DNA from: Candidatus Latescibacterota bacterium
Lineage (GTDB): Bacteria; Latescibacterota; UBA2968; GCA-2709665
Assembly: GCA_965222075.1 (NCBI GenBank)
Contig: OZ244937.1
Location: 608,001-672,000 of the forward strand
Direction: 5' to 3'
DNA length: 64,000 bases
A program made the position numbers and the translations under genes. Positions within the stretch are counted from its first letter, which is position 1. Each line of letters begins with the position of its first letter. The notes below the pieces were generated by a model. It saw nothing but the letters and a program-made list of their open reading frames with translations. It ran no database searches and had not been told where the DNA came from. This document shows positions 62,774 to 64,000 of this stretch, piece after piece.

Positions 62774-62934
62774 ATTTCATCCACCTGCGTACGTTTCAGT
62801 TCAACACGACCAATACCGGGATGTTCATACCAGTGATACTCGTACCGCTGGCGATCGCGGACACGATTCGGGGTGAATGCTCCGGACGCCTGAGTCCACG
62901 TCGAGTCAGAGGTGAAGGTGAGGTGATTGAACAC
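62770..62934 (-). pseudogene. Short or truncated toxin-like ORF (EYHWYEHPGIGRVELK)
   Basis: Translated by hand; not in the ORF track. Its TGA overlaps the ATG of the downstream gene. Confidence 0.5.
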
Positions 62935-62982
62935 AAAAAGCCGGCCCAGGGAGAGGGATTGGGCATTGCAGGGCGCGTTGAA

Positions 62983-63831
62983 TCAATGCAGGGCAATGCC
63001 GAGATCTCTTGCCACATACCGGATGTATTGCTGGCCGGCAATGGTATCTGCTTCTGAGAAGTGCTCCACGTGCAGGGTGACATCCTGGTCCAGCACATCC
63101 AGCCGTCGAAGGATCGTGGCGTAATCCATAGCGCCTGTGCCCGGTACTGCTTCGTCTAAGTGAACCACGGAGAGGTACTCGCCGTTGCGCTGGACTGCCG
63201 ATATCGTCACATCCTTTGCGTGGAGCGCGGTGATGAGATCTCCCAGCTCATCGAAGATCTGGTTCACCAGTTCTGTGGTTCTGTAGACCATGTGAGGCCA
63301 GGTGAGATTTACGGGGTCCATCAGCACCTTTAGCCGGGGAGAAGCCACGGCATCTAAGAGCTCTCTGTACCGCTCGGAGGAACAGAGCGGGCTGACGATG
63401 TGGGGGTGTGCGGCCACATTCATCTGCGTTTTTTCCGCTTCCTCGACCAGTTCTTCTACAGCGGCGATGCACCGCTGCCAGGTCTGCTCAGACCACATTT
63501 GAGGTGTGGCTCGATCGCAGGTGATCGAAAATCCGACGCATTGTGCGTCCAGGATGCGGGCGTGGCGAAGTTGGCGGCGGTAGTGCTGGATGGCCGAGTG
63601 GTGGTCCTCCGGGCTGGCCGAGGCAAACCCTTTGTGGAATCCGCTGAACTCCCCAACCCGGATGCCGTGCTCATCGAGGAACTTCCGGGCGTCCTCGACC
63701 TCCTTATCGGTCCAGTCGGCCGGTGTGGCCATCGAGACGGTTTTTACGTCTAAGATGCCGGCTTTGTGGAGAAACGCCTCCCGTTCCTCCGCTGTCTTTC
63801 CCAGCCGAGCCGGCGGACACATCAGGATCAT
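62983..63831 (-). CDS. Sugar phosphate isomerase/epimerase (TIM barrel) family
   Basis: Motifs MDPVN, HAKD, PGTG.MDY and VEH. Confidence 0.85.
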   Translation of the reverse strand: MILMCPPARLGKTAEEREAFLHKAGILDVKTVSMATPADWTDKEVEDARKFLDEHGIRVGEFSGFHKGFASASPEDHHSAIQHYRRQLRHARILDAQCVGFSITCDRATPQMWSEQTWQRCIAAVEELVEEAEKTQMNVAAHPHIVSPLCSSERYRELLDAVASPRLKVLMDPVNLTWPHMVYRTTELVNQIFDELGDLITALHAKDVTISAVQRNGEYLSVVHLDEAVPGTGAMDYATILRRLDVLDQDVTLHVEHFSEADTIAGQQYIRYVARDLGIALH

Positions 63832-63972
63832 TGGGGTTCTCCTTTTCTTATCAGGGTTTGATAGAATCGAGGGAGGCGCAGTTGCCCGATCTCAGTGCCC
63901 CGGCTACTGCGACGCTTCGGCTTCGAGGGGTTAGGAGAGGGCCTGTTTGGGAATGCGTCCGGAATGGATTCG

Positions 63973-64000
63973 GTAGGGGCGGTTCGCGAACCGCCCCTAC
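63973..64000. repeat. GTAG-type REP element
   Basis: Perfect 28-bp palindrome GTAGGGGCGGTTCGCGAACCGCCCCTAC. Confidence 0.75.

Overview
GC-rich bacterial chromosome window. The repeat types and gene mix suggest an uncultivated Latescibacteria/Poribacteria-like lineage, but this is an inference only. From left to right: sugar-acid catabolism genes and an IS200 remnant; a ~16-kb type 3 BREX defence island (HTH, brxF, brxC, pglXI, pglZ, brxA). In that island the usual brxHII helicase is absent, and its slot holds a PHP-ABC ATPase (Ppl-like) gene and a Schlafen/AlbA_2-HATPase gene. The island's methyltransferase is split by an intact ISKra4-type IS with an 8-bp target duplication. Next come PBP1A, hpt (with an in-frame 60-bp palindromic insert), prpBCD and a catabolic cluster. 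These are followed by a leaderless HigBA-type TA pair, a probable 6S RNA, an ABC-F gene and orphan ABC permeases. The right end carries an ECF sigma factor fused to a two-domain beta-sliding-clamp-like module, a eukaryote-type pyrimidine 5'-nucleotidase, a frameshifted ABC ATPase + TOPRIM-like candidate defence pair and a toxin-fragment/immunity pair. The most novel-looking items are the ECF-clamp fusion, the helicase-less BREX-3 with nested cargo, and a nesting CCTG(T/C)CTGC palindromic micro-element that inserts into genes. No CRISPR array, tRNA or rRNA was seen. All family calls come from motif recognition, not database searches.
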